Below are positions 27,806 through 40,473 of a DNA stretch of 64,000 bases, piece after piece. The DNA lies in assembly GCA_905331295.1 (NCBI GenBank), contig CAJNYD010000047.1, positions 1-64,000 of the forward strand. The letters are read 5' to 3'. This DNA comes from Rotaria socialis. Its lineage: Eukaryota. How positions within the stretch are numbered: the stretch's first letter is position 1; the number at the start of each line of letters is the position of its first letter. The notes under the pieces are model-generated. The model worked only from the letters and a program-made list of their open reading frames with translations. It was not told the DNA's origin and searched no databases. The translations under genes and the position numbers were made by a program.

Positions 27806-29634
27806 TGAACAATTATTTTTGTACAAGTAAATGATGAAAGACAATAAATAAATCAACAGAAAAAGAAGCAAAACACAAGAAAAAAGAAACTTGCTAAATG
27901 ATGTGACACGATAATAAACTACGACTATACAAAATCTAAAAGATTATAAGAATAAATTTAAATATATAATCAACTATACTAGATCAATATGTAAAATCGT
28001 AATAATCTAGAATTTTATATGATATTTGCAATAAACAAAAATATTTATATTCCAGAGGTCGCAATTTTGCAAAGAAAAACATTAATCAACAATTTATAGG
28101 CTTCATATTCTTTGAATTTAGCGGATATTTCGACAGAAATCGATACTTACACATCATGATTAGATTATTCTAACGCAAAAAAAAACAAAAAAAAAGCAAT
28201 TGAAGCACAAGTGTATTAAAAATAGGCATCAGCTGTTACTCATTTCCACGAAAATTCATTGGTTATTTTTATTTGACGAATCCAAATATTTCACTCGTTT
28301 TTAATAATATGTGAAAAGCGGTTGGGTACTGTTTAAAATTCTAGACTAGATAATGTGTCTTGAAGTCAAACAATAATCTATTCTTAATAGTTCGTCTATC
28401 TGCCAAGCGACTACTCGCTTTGCAACTAATCAAAAATATTTGTTTATCCACCACTATTAATACAACGTTTAACAGGAAATACTCTTATCCGTTCTAAATA
28501 CAGGAGATGTCCTTCCATCCGTCCAAGTCACTATCGTTACTTTCCTTTCTTTAAAAAAAAATTTAATTGAAAATTTTTTCGCACGTCGTACGTATTACGG
28601 CCGGATGATGGTAGTTAAACTTATCAAAAGTTGTCAAAAAGATAATTATATTGCTAGAAAGAAAAAATACTGTCACGTATCTAAATCAATTAATCAAACT
28701 AGCTTATCGAAACATAGTATGATCGTTTCTTTTTTAGTTTTGTATAACAACAAAAGAGAAACAAAGTTATCTTGTCTTTTCCTTTCTTTTCAATTAAATG
28801 TAACTTTCATACCGATGTCTAGCAGAACGATGTAACTGTTTTATCTTACAATCAACAAATAACATGTTTGTTTCTTCCCGACGGGTTGAATCAAATTAAC
28901 GAATAAAAGCAATTTAGACATCAAAATATGCGGCCTGAACAGTAGCATCGATGTTTGTCAATAAAGTCTCGTTGTTTTTAATTATTCATCGCTCTACGTC
29001 ATATCATTTTGCAAACAGCGAAATCAACAAGGTTGCATCGTATTTTATATTGCAAATAGGTAATGAAACATGAAACTCGAAGATTAAAAATACAGATACG
29101 CAAAATCTTTGATTCGAATCATTTTATAAGAATTAGTAAACAATATTGTAATGGAATTTTTTCTTACACTATCGAATATATCATAGTAAAATATTATCTA
29201 TAACTCAACAAAAAGGGATTTCTATTTATTATTTCCTGATAATGAGAATTATGACATGGAATTAGTAGCGTATGCTTTCCAATGTATGCGACTTGATCGT
29301 ACCTTTCTCACCTATTCTATCTAACATATTATCTAACGTTGAGCCTCTTATTACTAATTTTTTTCCTTATCATTTTTTTAAGCTGTTGTGTTATAGCGCA
29401 TAATCAGTTACGGACGAGAACGAAATATTTTTGCACGTGTTCATTGTTGACGATACGTATATATTCGTCGATAAACAACAGACCAGTCTAACAATTTCAC
29501 GGAGTCTAATCAATGAGCAACATGTAATAAATAGATTACTCCCTCTCGTCTTTTTTTTCCTGGATAGTGAACCAGCTGGCATAATTCACCGTACACATAT
29601 ATATTCTTTCTTATTTAGAATTAAAACATATTGA

Positions 29635-30138
29635 ATGATGTTTCGTCTTCCACCACCACCACGTTTTACTCTTCCGCCTCCACCAAAGCTTTCATCAGAT
29701 ATTTTCGATAGAAAACTTCTATCTCGACTAACATGTTCGTCAATTCGACAACAGCAACAACAGCACCGGTTATTCACTAATCCTCGTTTGATTGCAATCA
29801 GCAGTATTAGTTTTCTTATCGTGCTTCTTTTATGTACTCTATTATTTATGTTAATTCATTTCTATCGTCGGCAAAGATCTTCAGATTACGGTCACACACA
29901 AAAACCATTATCAACATTGAATATGAAACCAAAGAATTCTACAATGCATACTAGTCGTTCATATGAATCAATTTCATCGCAACATACAGGCGTTTATATT
30001 GAATCAATTGATACATCAGCAACAACTTTCTCAACAGATCAAAGTAATGTTATATGTCTTTATTGTCATCGAGAACGCGTTTATTCAAATGCTTCTCTTC
30101 CGCCATACTATCATACGCTTGACACTCTTTCTTCATAA
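29635..30138 (+). CDS. Single-pass membrane protein with Pro-rich N-terminus and cytoplasmic PPxY motif, unknown family
   Basis: 167-aa intronless ORF with one hydrophobic span (LIAISSISFLIVLLLCTLLFMLIHFY) followed by RRQR, then YESI and LPPYY motifs; AATAAA shortly downstream. Confidence 0.75.
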   Translation: MMFRLPPPPRFTLPPPPKLSSDIFDRKLLSRLTCSSIRQQQQQHRLFTNPRLIAISSISFLIVLLLCTLLFMLIHFYRRQRSSDYGHTQKPLSTLNMKPKNSTMHTSRSYESISSQHTGVYIESIDTSATTFSTDQSNVICLYCHRERVYSNASLPPYYHTLDTLSS

Positions 30139-32541
30139 TGTTAATGTTAATATATAATTATGTTTTTTTTTAACAGTGATTATCATTGCTTTTGCTTTAC
30201 TATTTAATAAAATAAGTTCTTGTATGAATAATCATTGCAGATATTTTGGAATTTGTTCTTTTTTTTTATATTAGTTAAAATAAAAAGATCTATGAATAAC
30301 TTTTGCTTTTCTAAATTATCTCGAAGGGCATCATTGTTCCAAAGGATTTTGTTAAGTATTCTTTCGTAGAAAAATAGAATTCAATCGGAAGCAAAATTTT
30401 ATTTCTTGTAATAAGAAAGAACGATACACAAATTCGTTTTATTTCAATTCAATTTTTATTTAGAATGAAAACAAAATTGAATTGAAATCAATTAACGAGA
30501 AGAGTGATTTGATTGGTTGACTTATTTTGACTATGAATACAATGCTATGCATCTTGAAACTATAAATTTGATAGTATAATCAAATTCAAAGATCCCCACG
30601 GCCATATTTTGTTATTAATTAGTGTTTCATTCATGAAAAACTGAATCTAATCAATGTCGTTGAATCGACTAGTTGAGTGAACTCTTAAAACGATGCATTC
30701 AGCAATTGAAATAAAAAGAATTCGGAACTATATATATTTTAATTATATTTTATTATCAATGTTGATGAGTTATTATGGTTTTTTATGATCGTGAGGAAAA
30801 AATGCACTGGATATGTAGATTTTTTTTTGATAATACGAATAGCTAACAATTTTGGAGTAATTCAATAGGAATAATTAATTCAATACACGTTGGAGAAAAA
30901 AGAAATAATTGATTTTTGATCGTAAGCTTTCATGAGACGTTTGACTAATCTGATTTTTGAGTGGGATCATTTCTAATAGAAGTAAGACAAGTATTTTTTC
31001 CTTTTTTCGGTATTAATGTCTGCTCGTGCTTTTGTGTAGGTTTTCTAGTAGATTATTCTAATAGAAGAAGATTAACTGTTTTACGATCGATCTGTTAGTT
31101 CTTAACGGGTAATTATTCTTTGCTATCTCCTGTTTTTTTCGTGAAGATCTAACTTCGATATTTGCAAATCTATGCTGGAGTAAATCAAGTAATCAGGTCT
31201 TTATTATAACGAGAATAATAATAATGCATAAATCATCCACATGAACGTGATAAAAATAAGATTCTTAAATAGCGAATTCAGTATATTATCATTAAATTAT
31301 TAAAATCTTGTTCATTAGGTGAATCCTATCACGTTTTTTCTTTTGCTATGGTTTCATTGTCAATAAAAGAAACTTAAATAGTCAATGTAGAGAGAAAAAC
31401 AAGCAAATTCTTATAGATTACGGTTGTTAAAAATCAAATTTCATAAAAAAAAACTAGAAATTTACATGTTTTATTAATCTAAATATAATTTAATCTTAAT
31501 TTTCTTAGGAATTCACCGTTTTGAGGGGGAAAAACGTAAGATTACTGATGCTTCAACAATATCAGTGTCCTTAATCATATAATTGTGGTACGTATCAACG
31601 ATTCTTTATCAGAGAAGTCCTCGTCAAACTTAGTGTTGAGTGTACCAGAAAGCGTCAACGATACTTCTCTGAGAGAAAACTGAATAATAATAATAATAAT
31701 AATTACCATCACCATCATCAACAGAAATATGGCAAATATATTCCATTATTTTAGTGTCATACTACTGTAAAAGTAATCATCTAGAATTTACTACTTTTAA
31801 CATGGATAAATTTATGTTTTTCTATATCGAGCTACTCATTTAGAAGCTTCGTCGGTAAACAAATCTTGTTTTCGTCTGCTTTACGTCTAGTGTAACGTAA
31901 TGTTATTTATCAAATTTATGCTTGACATTCTCCATATTGTTTCTTATTGTCTTTTCTTCTTCTTCTTCTTCATATCAGTACAAAGTCCTATCTCTTTGTT
32001 TGGAGCTAAATCTCTACCAACATCAATTATGTAGATGACTAATTTTTGATCATATCTAAGATATGGTTAAATACTTATGATTTATCTCTATCGAAATAAA
32101 AACTAAAAGTAACTATTAACTAATTATGTCTAGCTACGAAATAATTCGTTCACAGTAGCGCTTGTATTATAGTTAAGTTTTTCAAAATATAAAATAATTT
32201 AATTGTCGATTTAAATTTTATATAAGCAATCATAGTTACGCATGGGAACCATGCGTGATGTTGCCAATAAGAAACGATATTAATAATAGACTAGCAGAGA
32301 ACGATTTACAATCCGTGTCTTATATTTTACTCTATTCGTTACAAAATTTTATTTCTCTTTTCTTTCATAAATAATTGTGACAAAGTTACTGACATTCAAC
32401 ATACACAGACAAAAAACGCATTTCAACCCTCACCGATAAAGTTTCTTCTGTTTCTTTTTAGAAAAAAAATATGATCATCATTCGTAATATTACATATTCA
32501 ACTGGCATTACACGAAAAGAAAAGAGAAAGTGGTATATATA

Positions 32542-33362
32542 CCGGGTGATCCAAAAGTTTTGCAACATTTTTGCTTTTACGTGCATCTCAGTTCAGATAG
32601 CAGAGAAAATTTCAACTTTAATTTTAAAAGAAGCGCGATTCAATCCTCTACAAATTTGTATCCACCTTAATTTAAAATAATAGAACTGAACATTCTTACG
32701 GATAGAATAGTGTGACTACATAAATTGCATCTACTTCCCATACAGTATTTTTAATAAATTATTTTTTCTATCGAAACGAATATATCGTTTTAAAAAAATA
32801 ACCCACACCCACACTCTCTTGATTCTTGCTGTTCAGAAAAAGACTTTTAAAAGTCATCTATGGTCAAACCGAGTTCATTTTCCCAACATTTTATAGAAAA
32901 CCGATATATCATTCTGTTTAGAGCTTACACGACAGGTGTCAGAACGATTCAGTTCGAAGAAACGTCTGAACATTTCCAAGAATGTTGTTTTTGCGATAAT
33001 ATTTCAGATAGACAATTTTTATTAGACATAAGTGGATTTAAATCAAACGCAGATAAATAACTCTGAAGGAGCACTGATGTGTGATCATATTACAAGTATT
33101 TTATTTTTAGGTGCCTGCTTATAACTTGGGAAAGTTAGGAAAAGTATAGCTAAAATATTGTGTGGGATTCGATGCAATTTATGTAGTCACACTATTCGAT
33201 CCCATAAAGACGTTCAGTTCTATTATTTTAAATTAAGGTGGATACAAATTTGTAGAGGATTGAATCGCGCTTATTTGAAAACTAAAGTTGAAATTTTATC
33301 TGCTATCTGAACCGAGATACTTGTAACAGCAAAAAATGTTGCAAAAGTTTTGGATCACCCGA
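32542..33362. mobile_element. Non-autonomous Tc1/mariner-like element with long TIRs
   Basis: Imperfect inverted repeats of about 190 bp (32542-32731 vs 33171-33362), starting CCGGGTGATCCAAAA and ending TTTTGGATCACCCGA. TA on both flanks. No intact internal ORF. Confidence 0.9.
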
Positions 33363-33420
33363 TATATATATATATATATATATATATTAACACACGCAGT
33401 GAGAGAGAGAGAGAGAGAGA
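33362..33420. repeat. (TA)n and (GA)n microsatellites
   Basis: Dinucleotide runs seen directly, abutting the right TIR. Confidence 0.9.
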
Positions 33421-33657
33421 CATACTGTTCATCTCCAAATAAAAATTTGAATTCTCAAAAAACAAAGAAAGAAAGAATTAAGGATATTTGTGCGTGTTGA
33501 TAATTGACGAAGATACTATCTAGCTTGGCAGCAACTCGTCATAGTCGACAAAAATAAATAGAGGATAAGCAACTTTGTCAATATGAAAAAGAAGTGTAAA
33601 GGGCTTCACACAGTGCAAGAAAATGAAGACAAAGATCGCAACTTATTATTATTATTT

Positions 33658-34813
33658 TTAACTCAAATCGAGTTTAAATATACAATGATACTTTTGTTGA
33701 TCGTTTTCACTTGTACCAATAGACAACAAGTGCAATGCATCGATCCATTGTTTACCAAAATAAACATCATTCGTTTCGTTTTGGTAGATTGTTGAAAGTT
33801 TTCTTTTACTTTTAAATAGAATTATATGTGGAATAAAATCTTGATAATTTCCAGCAAAAAATATATCATTCATTTTTTGTTTTTGTTGCTGTTCATAAAT
33901 ACGTTCAATCATTAGTGTACGAAGATTTTCTAGACGATTATTTTGTTGACATTTAACAAATAGCTTTTTACTATGAAATGTATCGATACCACGAAATTCT
34001 AAACAAATACGTTCGGGATATGAACAATGATAATGAATTTCTTCTTGAATACGTTTTAACGCAATAATTAATTGTTCGATTTGTAATGATGATTCAAGAC
34101 GTAACGTCAATAGAGTTAAATGAAGCTGATGCGGATCGATTGATAGAATATGTGAAGATGACGACGAGAAAAATAAAGGATATGTAGAAAGTAAACGTTC
34201 ACGATATGCAACATAATGCGATACAAGTGATGAATCATTTATTGGTATTGATAGTATATAATTCGGTTTATGTAAACCATCGGTTAAAGTTAAATATCGT
34301 TTTGTTGGTATATGATGGTCAATATCAATTAGTTTTTCATCTTGAGAATTCCTAATATATATATAAAAAAAAAAAGAAACACAAATATAATTAGTCATTC
34401 TATTTTCTTGTGTTATGTTTGAATTCAATAGAAGACCTACTTTGTTTCAACAAGATTCTCATGTCGTTTTACAACATCGTAAATTGTTTGTTGGCTACCG
34501 GTTGAACCAAACATTAGATCGATACGTGACTTTTTGTCCCATATAACTTCATTAGCATATTTAAAATATTGTATACGATGTTTGGGTATAGCAAGGATAT
34601 TTGTATGTCGATCACTTATTGTTGATAAATCAATTTTAAAATCAAAATCATTGAATGGTTTTTCTTGTAAACCAAGAAAATGATCTATGTAACCAACACG
34701 AAAATATCGTTTATCAAGACTACTATCCCATTCAATACGTGATATGACATCTTCAACTGTTTTCATAGAACATTTTTTAATATCTTCATGATGATGCTCA
34801 TCTATATGAGCTG

Positions 34814-34856
<43 letters not shown>

Positions 34857-35350
34857 GGGCACAAATGGCAAGCCCATTTTACCATTTGTTGGTGAACGTG
34901 GAATAGAAGTATTGTTATTCGTATTAACAGATAAAGTTTGAATTTTGTTTTCATCAAACCATTTAAGGAGACGTGCATAGATAGGTAAGACCATTGGCTG
35001 ATTCATTAATGTTTCACTATAGGATTGCAGAAGTTTTTGAACAAGCGAAATCTGATCAGGTATAAGGCGAGGCGCTGTGATAAGTATTTCAGGTGGTTTA
35101 TTTGGATATGATTCTATCGTTATTAAGGGGAAAACAAAGTTTGTCTGACAAATTAAAACGTAAATAAATGCTTACCATCTAATTGTAAAGTTAATGAAAC
35201 ATCATATTGATCAGCGCGTATTTTTAATATATAAGAGAATTGTCCGATTGACGATAGTATACGAATATTATCTTTGAAATGAATACGTAGTAAATTTATT
35301 TCATCTTCTTGTCCGCCACTATTTGATTTATTTTCGGCCGTAGTGGCCAT
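33658..35350 (-). CDS. LENG9-like protein: RWD + MJ1316/DUF504 + AKAP7-like 2H phosphoesterase (3 exons)
   Basis: RWD hallmark SYPNKPP formed across intron 1. MKTVEDVISRIEWD..GYIDHFLG..IPKHRIQYFKY..VIWDK is MJ1316-like. 2H motifs HLTL (34111-34122) and HIIL (33817-33828). Poly-Asn linker from (AAT)n. Confidence 0.82.
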
Positions 35351-36049
35351 ACAATTTGCAATATTCTAAGATTAAATATTCGGTTTTTGTATGAGAAATC
35401 GTGTGGCCTCTTGTAGCTATTGTTTTTCAATCGCAAATGTGTACTCACCTGGGTGTACGTAAAAGAATACAATCAATAGATGGATTACATCGAAGATTTT
35501 AATGTACTATCGTGTAACTTATGTTACTCAGATCACACGCTGACCTTTTCAGCCAGCTTGCCTGCCTGAATGAATGAATGAATCGATTCAAGAGAACTAG
35601 CAATAGATTACCATATCATCAAAACATTCATGATAAATAAATAGGATTGGCTATAATGTTTCAACCAATCATTGAAATAACTAGGAGCCTAATATTATAT
35701 TTGTAGTAAGTACTTTTGTTACTCGAATAAATATCACATACGCAAATAGTAAGTCTCACGCGAGTGAGATTTTTATCAATAGCCAATAGAAATCCAGATG
35801 GTAACCCTTATATTGATGCATTCTTAACATTGAAACGATGTGCTTGAATGTGTTAAAATATGCAAGTTCATTATGGTGGTCGAAAACAGAGTCATAGATT
35901 TTTCGAACAATCAAAATGACGATGCATTTTTATCTTATTTATTTATTTTATATATATATACAGTACTGCTTGTTTTTGTACAAAATAGATTTATTTATTA
36001 TTTTGTAAATTATTTAAGATACATTAAAGTAAGAAAAAAAAGAGGCACA
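35351..36049. promoter_or_regulatory. Divergent promoter region, LENG9-like / RPL10
   Basis: Head-to-head genes. CCAAT-type boxes at 35646, 35665 and 35783; palindrome TCTCAC-GCGA-GTGAGA at 35754-35769. Confidence 0.55.
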
Positions 36050-36123
36050 ATGGGTCGCCGACCAGCTCGATGCTATCGTTATTGCAAGAACAAGCCATAT
36101 GTAAGGATTTTTTGTACTAAGCA

Positions 36124-36155
<32 letters not shown>

Positions 36156-36781
36156 TGATTTTATGTTTTTTTTAATTTCCATAGCCAAAATCTCGTTTTT
36201 GTCGTGGTGTACCTGATCCAAAAATTCGTATATTCGACTTAGGTAGAAAGAAAGCTCGTGTCGATGAATTTCCATTATGCGTTCATCTTGTATCCGATGA
36301 ATACGAACAATTATCTAGTGAAGCACTTGAAGCTGGACGTATCTGTGCTAACAAATATTTAGTTAAACACTGTGGTAAAGATGCATTTCATATACGTATG
36401 CGAGTTCATCCATTTCATGTCCTCCGTATTAACAAAATGTTATCATGTGCCGGTGCCGATCGTTTACAAACAGGTATGCGTGGTGCCTTTGGTAAACCAT
36501 TAGGAACTGTTGCTCGTGTTAATATTGGTCAAGTTATTATATCAGTTCGTGTCAAAGATCAACATAAGGCACAAACTGTCGAAGCTTTACGTCGTGCTAA
36601 ATTCAAATTTCCAGGCCGACAAAAAATTTTCGTTTCCGATAAATGGGGTTTCACCAAATTTACTCGTGAAGATTATGATCGTCTATGGCAACAAGGACAA
36701 TTAGCATATGATGGTGTCAATGTTAAGTATTTACCTAACCATGGACCACTTGACGCATGGAAAAAACGACAAACCGTTTAA
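36050..36781 (+). CDS. RPL10: 60S ribosomal protein L10 (uL16/QM); intron 36101-36184
   Basis: [37 protein letters not shown]...[25 protein letters not shown]. Confidence 0.99.
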
Positions 36782-38085
36782 ACTTATTTGTTGAAACAAA
36801 TATTATCTTGTTGCTTGTTCTTCTGCACTTAACAAAAAGCAAAAACATTTTCTGGAATAACACCGTTTTTTATTTGAAAAAAAAGAAAAAAACAAGAAGA
36901 ATAAAAAATAAAAACCGATCAGTTGATTTTTAATTTTGCCTTATTATTGAAGAAAGTTATTCAGACATACAAATAACGGATAAAATTCATTAACAAATAT
37001 CATGCTTTCTTTTAGAGGTGCATTTTCTAATGATTTCAATTTTTAACGTAACCGTTTAGTACAGAACAAATTCTTTTTTTTTCTTTTTATTAATTCAAAG
37101 TCATGGCAAGATTTCCTGAAAAAAATTTAAGCATAAACTAAGTACATTCTACTAATCTTCAAGGCATTTGTTTTATTCAGGTCAACAAGGGATTACTAAA
37201 ACATCATAAGACCAATCATATTTTTTTCAATTCATCAGAGACAAAATTTTCTTCTAAAAATGAGCTATTTTTTATATGATTATAATAAACAAAAAAAAAC
37301 ATTAGCTATTACATAGATATGTTCGTAAACAATTATTTCAACAGAGAAGACGGCAAATTTGGTTAAAAGCCAGCTGTAAATGTCGACGTTAAGTAGAAAA
37401 TATGTCATCGAAATGATGTTTTCTGTTTCTTTACATACTTTAATAAACATCCTCACGCCATCATAGAAGACTGATGTTTTTTTTGTAATTACAATGATTA
37501 GTCTAATCGTGATCTTCGAGCTTGTCTTTAGGAAATGCTTGAGTATAAACAGGTTTTCTACGTGATTATTTGATGATGCTTGGACATTAGATAAACATTG
37601 GCAAACAGCATTCATCTAATTTATGAGGCCAATAAAATATCTTATAAAAATCCTTATGGAGCTTTAATTTTTTCTGATAGTTCTTTGCTTTAGTTAACAT
37701 CGAACGATTAAATCAAGAAGAAAGATAGAAAAGCATTTTGAGTGAACATAATTTCATCTAAATTCGACAAAATTAATTCAAACGAAAATATACACTCAAG
37801 TATGAAAAAGTAAAAATATTCTATTGTTTTATTTTATATATCAAGACTTTTGTTACTTAGGGTACACTCGTTCTTTTGAGTCGATATCAAAACTTATAGT
37901 CAAACAATAGAATTTTATCTCTATACTGATTTTTTTCGTTTAGTACCGAGTGAAAAATATCTCTAGAAGAAAAATACAAAAGTCAACGTGCCCGTTAGAT
38001 CATAGAAGAGTGTTTTGTTCCATGAGTAATGTGTTCTATAATTTCCCGCATGTGGTTATAGTCGACAAGGGTCATCATGGAATTG

Positions 38086-39285
38086 CCCATGTAGCCGATA
38101 ATGGATGAATAATGAAAAAATGACCCATTATTTTTCGTTATTTCAAAAAAAATGAATTAATGCATTATAATTAATTATTTTTTGACTTTTCAATGCATTT
38201 CAAAGTATTATTTAGAGTAATGTTTTTAAATTAGGAAATTCACTATTTTCGTACAAGAAATATTGAAAAAGTGATTTGACAGGTAGATGTTTGATTTGCC
38301 ACAGCTTTCTGTGTATCAAGCGCTTTTCAATAAGAGTCGCGTGAGTTAATGATCTAATAAAAAATGTAATCTGAGTTACATCGCTAAGAGTATTTTTCGA
38401 ATCCCTTTTCGCTGTTAATGGAAACCTACACTATTGAAAACTTGACTCAAAACCTGATGATTTATATCAGATTATCCTTTCAGCTTCCAAAATATTGTTC
38501 CAGGCAAGTCGAAGAGTTTCCGAGTTTACTCAATCGCTAAAATTTGCACTAACAATCAGAAATCCGACCTCGAGTTTCTATTTGATGCAACGAAGACTAC
38601 TAGAGTTTTGAATGCTTTTAGAATATTCTTTAGAATGAAAGAGATCATCATCCTTAAACCTCTCAAAAGAAGTTTTCACTCTGCGTCGTTGCTCAATTTC
38701 GGATGTGCCTAATGAACTAAAACTGCTCACAGTATCAATTATAACAGATTAGATCATGAATCATTTTGTTTTCCAAATCTGAAGCCATTTTAATACTATT
38801 GAAACAGCCTTATATCATATATACGCTCTTCAACTGTTTTCGCTTTCAACTACAATTCGACATGATCCAAGTAGTAAGTTGGAATTCAATAATAATAAAA
38901 TTATTTATTCATTGTCTTTTGTTTTAGATTCTTATCGATATGATCAAGATGATACGTTATGGGATAGATAGATAGATATATAAGAGGGCTGATGAAAGCT
39001 AATGGTTAAGCTAAGTTAAAGAGATAGATTAAGGTTAACGGATAGATATAGATAAGTTAATAGATTAAGGCTAAATGGGGTTAAGCTAAGGGATAGATAT
39101 GCAGAACCACAGAGATACAATTATGGTAATTGGAGTATCGATTTAATCCATCTTATGTAGCAAGTGCCGAATAAGAAATTTTCAATGCATTAAATAAGTT
39201 GCATTATCATGTAATTGAATATATTGCATTTCTATAGTAAAATGATGCATTGCAATTTCATTATTTCCTAAAATCGGCTACATGG
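38086..39285. mobile_element. Degenerate non-autonomous DNA element, about 1.2 kb
   Basis: 13-bp inverted repeat CCATGTAGCCGAT (38087-38099) / ATCGGCTACATGG (39273-39285). AATTG directly repeated outside (38081-38085, 39286-39290). AATGCATT-rich subterminal zones. Confidence 0.6.
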
Positions 39286-40473
39286 AATTGATTATTCTAA
39301 ATCCTGAGTCTTTTCTGATCTGATGCAAAAACGTACTGTTGAGCCGTTCTATGAACTATAGCCATGGTCTCTTTTGGGAAAAACATTAGGAGTGGATTAT
39401 TTTAAATGGACATGACTTTTTTTAATATTCTCCAGAGAAATTCTCCAAAATCATTCTTAGAAAGACAAGACAGTATTTTTTGTCACTATATACATTTTCC
39501 TGAATTTCTTCAGTAGCTATTCAATATGCTGAGATCCAGAATATTTTGTGTGATTGCTTCTTTGTTGAACTATTTCTCTATCCATATTGAGTAGATCTTA
39601 TTTTTAGTCTGCTGGAAAAAACAATTTGACGGGAGCCATGAATTCTTCATTGATAATTTTTCGTTTATGGCAAAACTTTTTCTTATGTTCCATATGGAAT
39701 ATGAAACAAATAGAAGTAGATTTTTACTGACAATAATAATTGACATCTATGTATACGTATATGTATATGCATCGAAATAATTTAAGAAGAAAAATTTCTA
39801 AGAAACTGTCCATAGAGAACATAAAGATTAATCTTTTCTGATTCATATTAGAAAAAAGAAGCTTGAAAAGATTGTCTTCTTCGAGATATCTTTTTTAATA
39901 TCGTATAATGCAATCACAAAAGTCATATTATGCTGCCGTTGCATATTTCACCAATATAAAAACATTCGATCGTACACATATGAACAATAATTTATTAAGT
40001 TGGAGAGAAAAAAGGAATATTAAAACACAATAAAGAACGTTGTTGCTAAAACAATATAGTCAAGAAAATATTAGTTTACATGATTTCCTATTGTTACGAT
40101 CTTAGAGAAATTATTATCCTTTAAACTTGTACTTATAATTCTTATTCAGATGTTGCTGATACTTGGCATTTGCTCTGTCGACAAGGATCGCGATGTTTTC
40201 TTTAATAGTACTTGTAAAATTAATTTCGCTATTCGAAATGTGAAACAGTACATTTTAATTATTAGATTCGTATACTTTTATCATGTGAAAATTGTACAAA
40301 GAAAATTTTATTGTATGAAGAAACAAAAAAATAGAATATATTGATAATTATTTTATAATTATGTCTTGTCAAACGAGAAAAAAAAATTAAAAATGAAATC
40401 ATAAATGGAAAATAGATGCAGGAAAAAGATAGAACCGGCATGCCAATAATTAGTAGAAAGCTCCGAAAGTAAT

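Noticed and set aside
31609..31672. 10-bp inverted repeat TCAGAGAAGT/ACTTCTCTGA
   Set aside because: Short stem with a long unpaired loop; not enough for a miRNA or MITE call.
38989..39030. CTGATGA resembling a hammerhead ribozyme core
   Set aside because: No GAAA after a plausible stem II, and no stems I or III.
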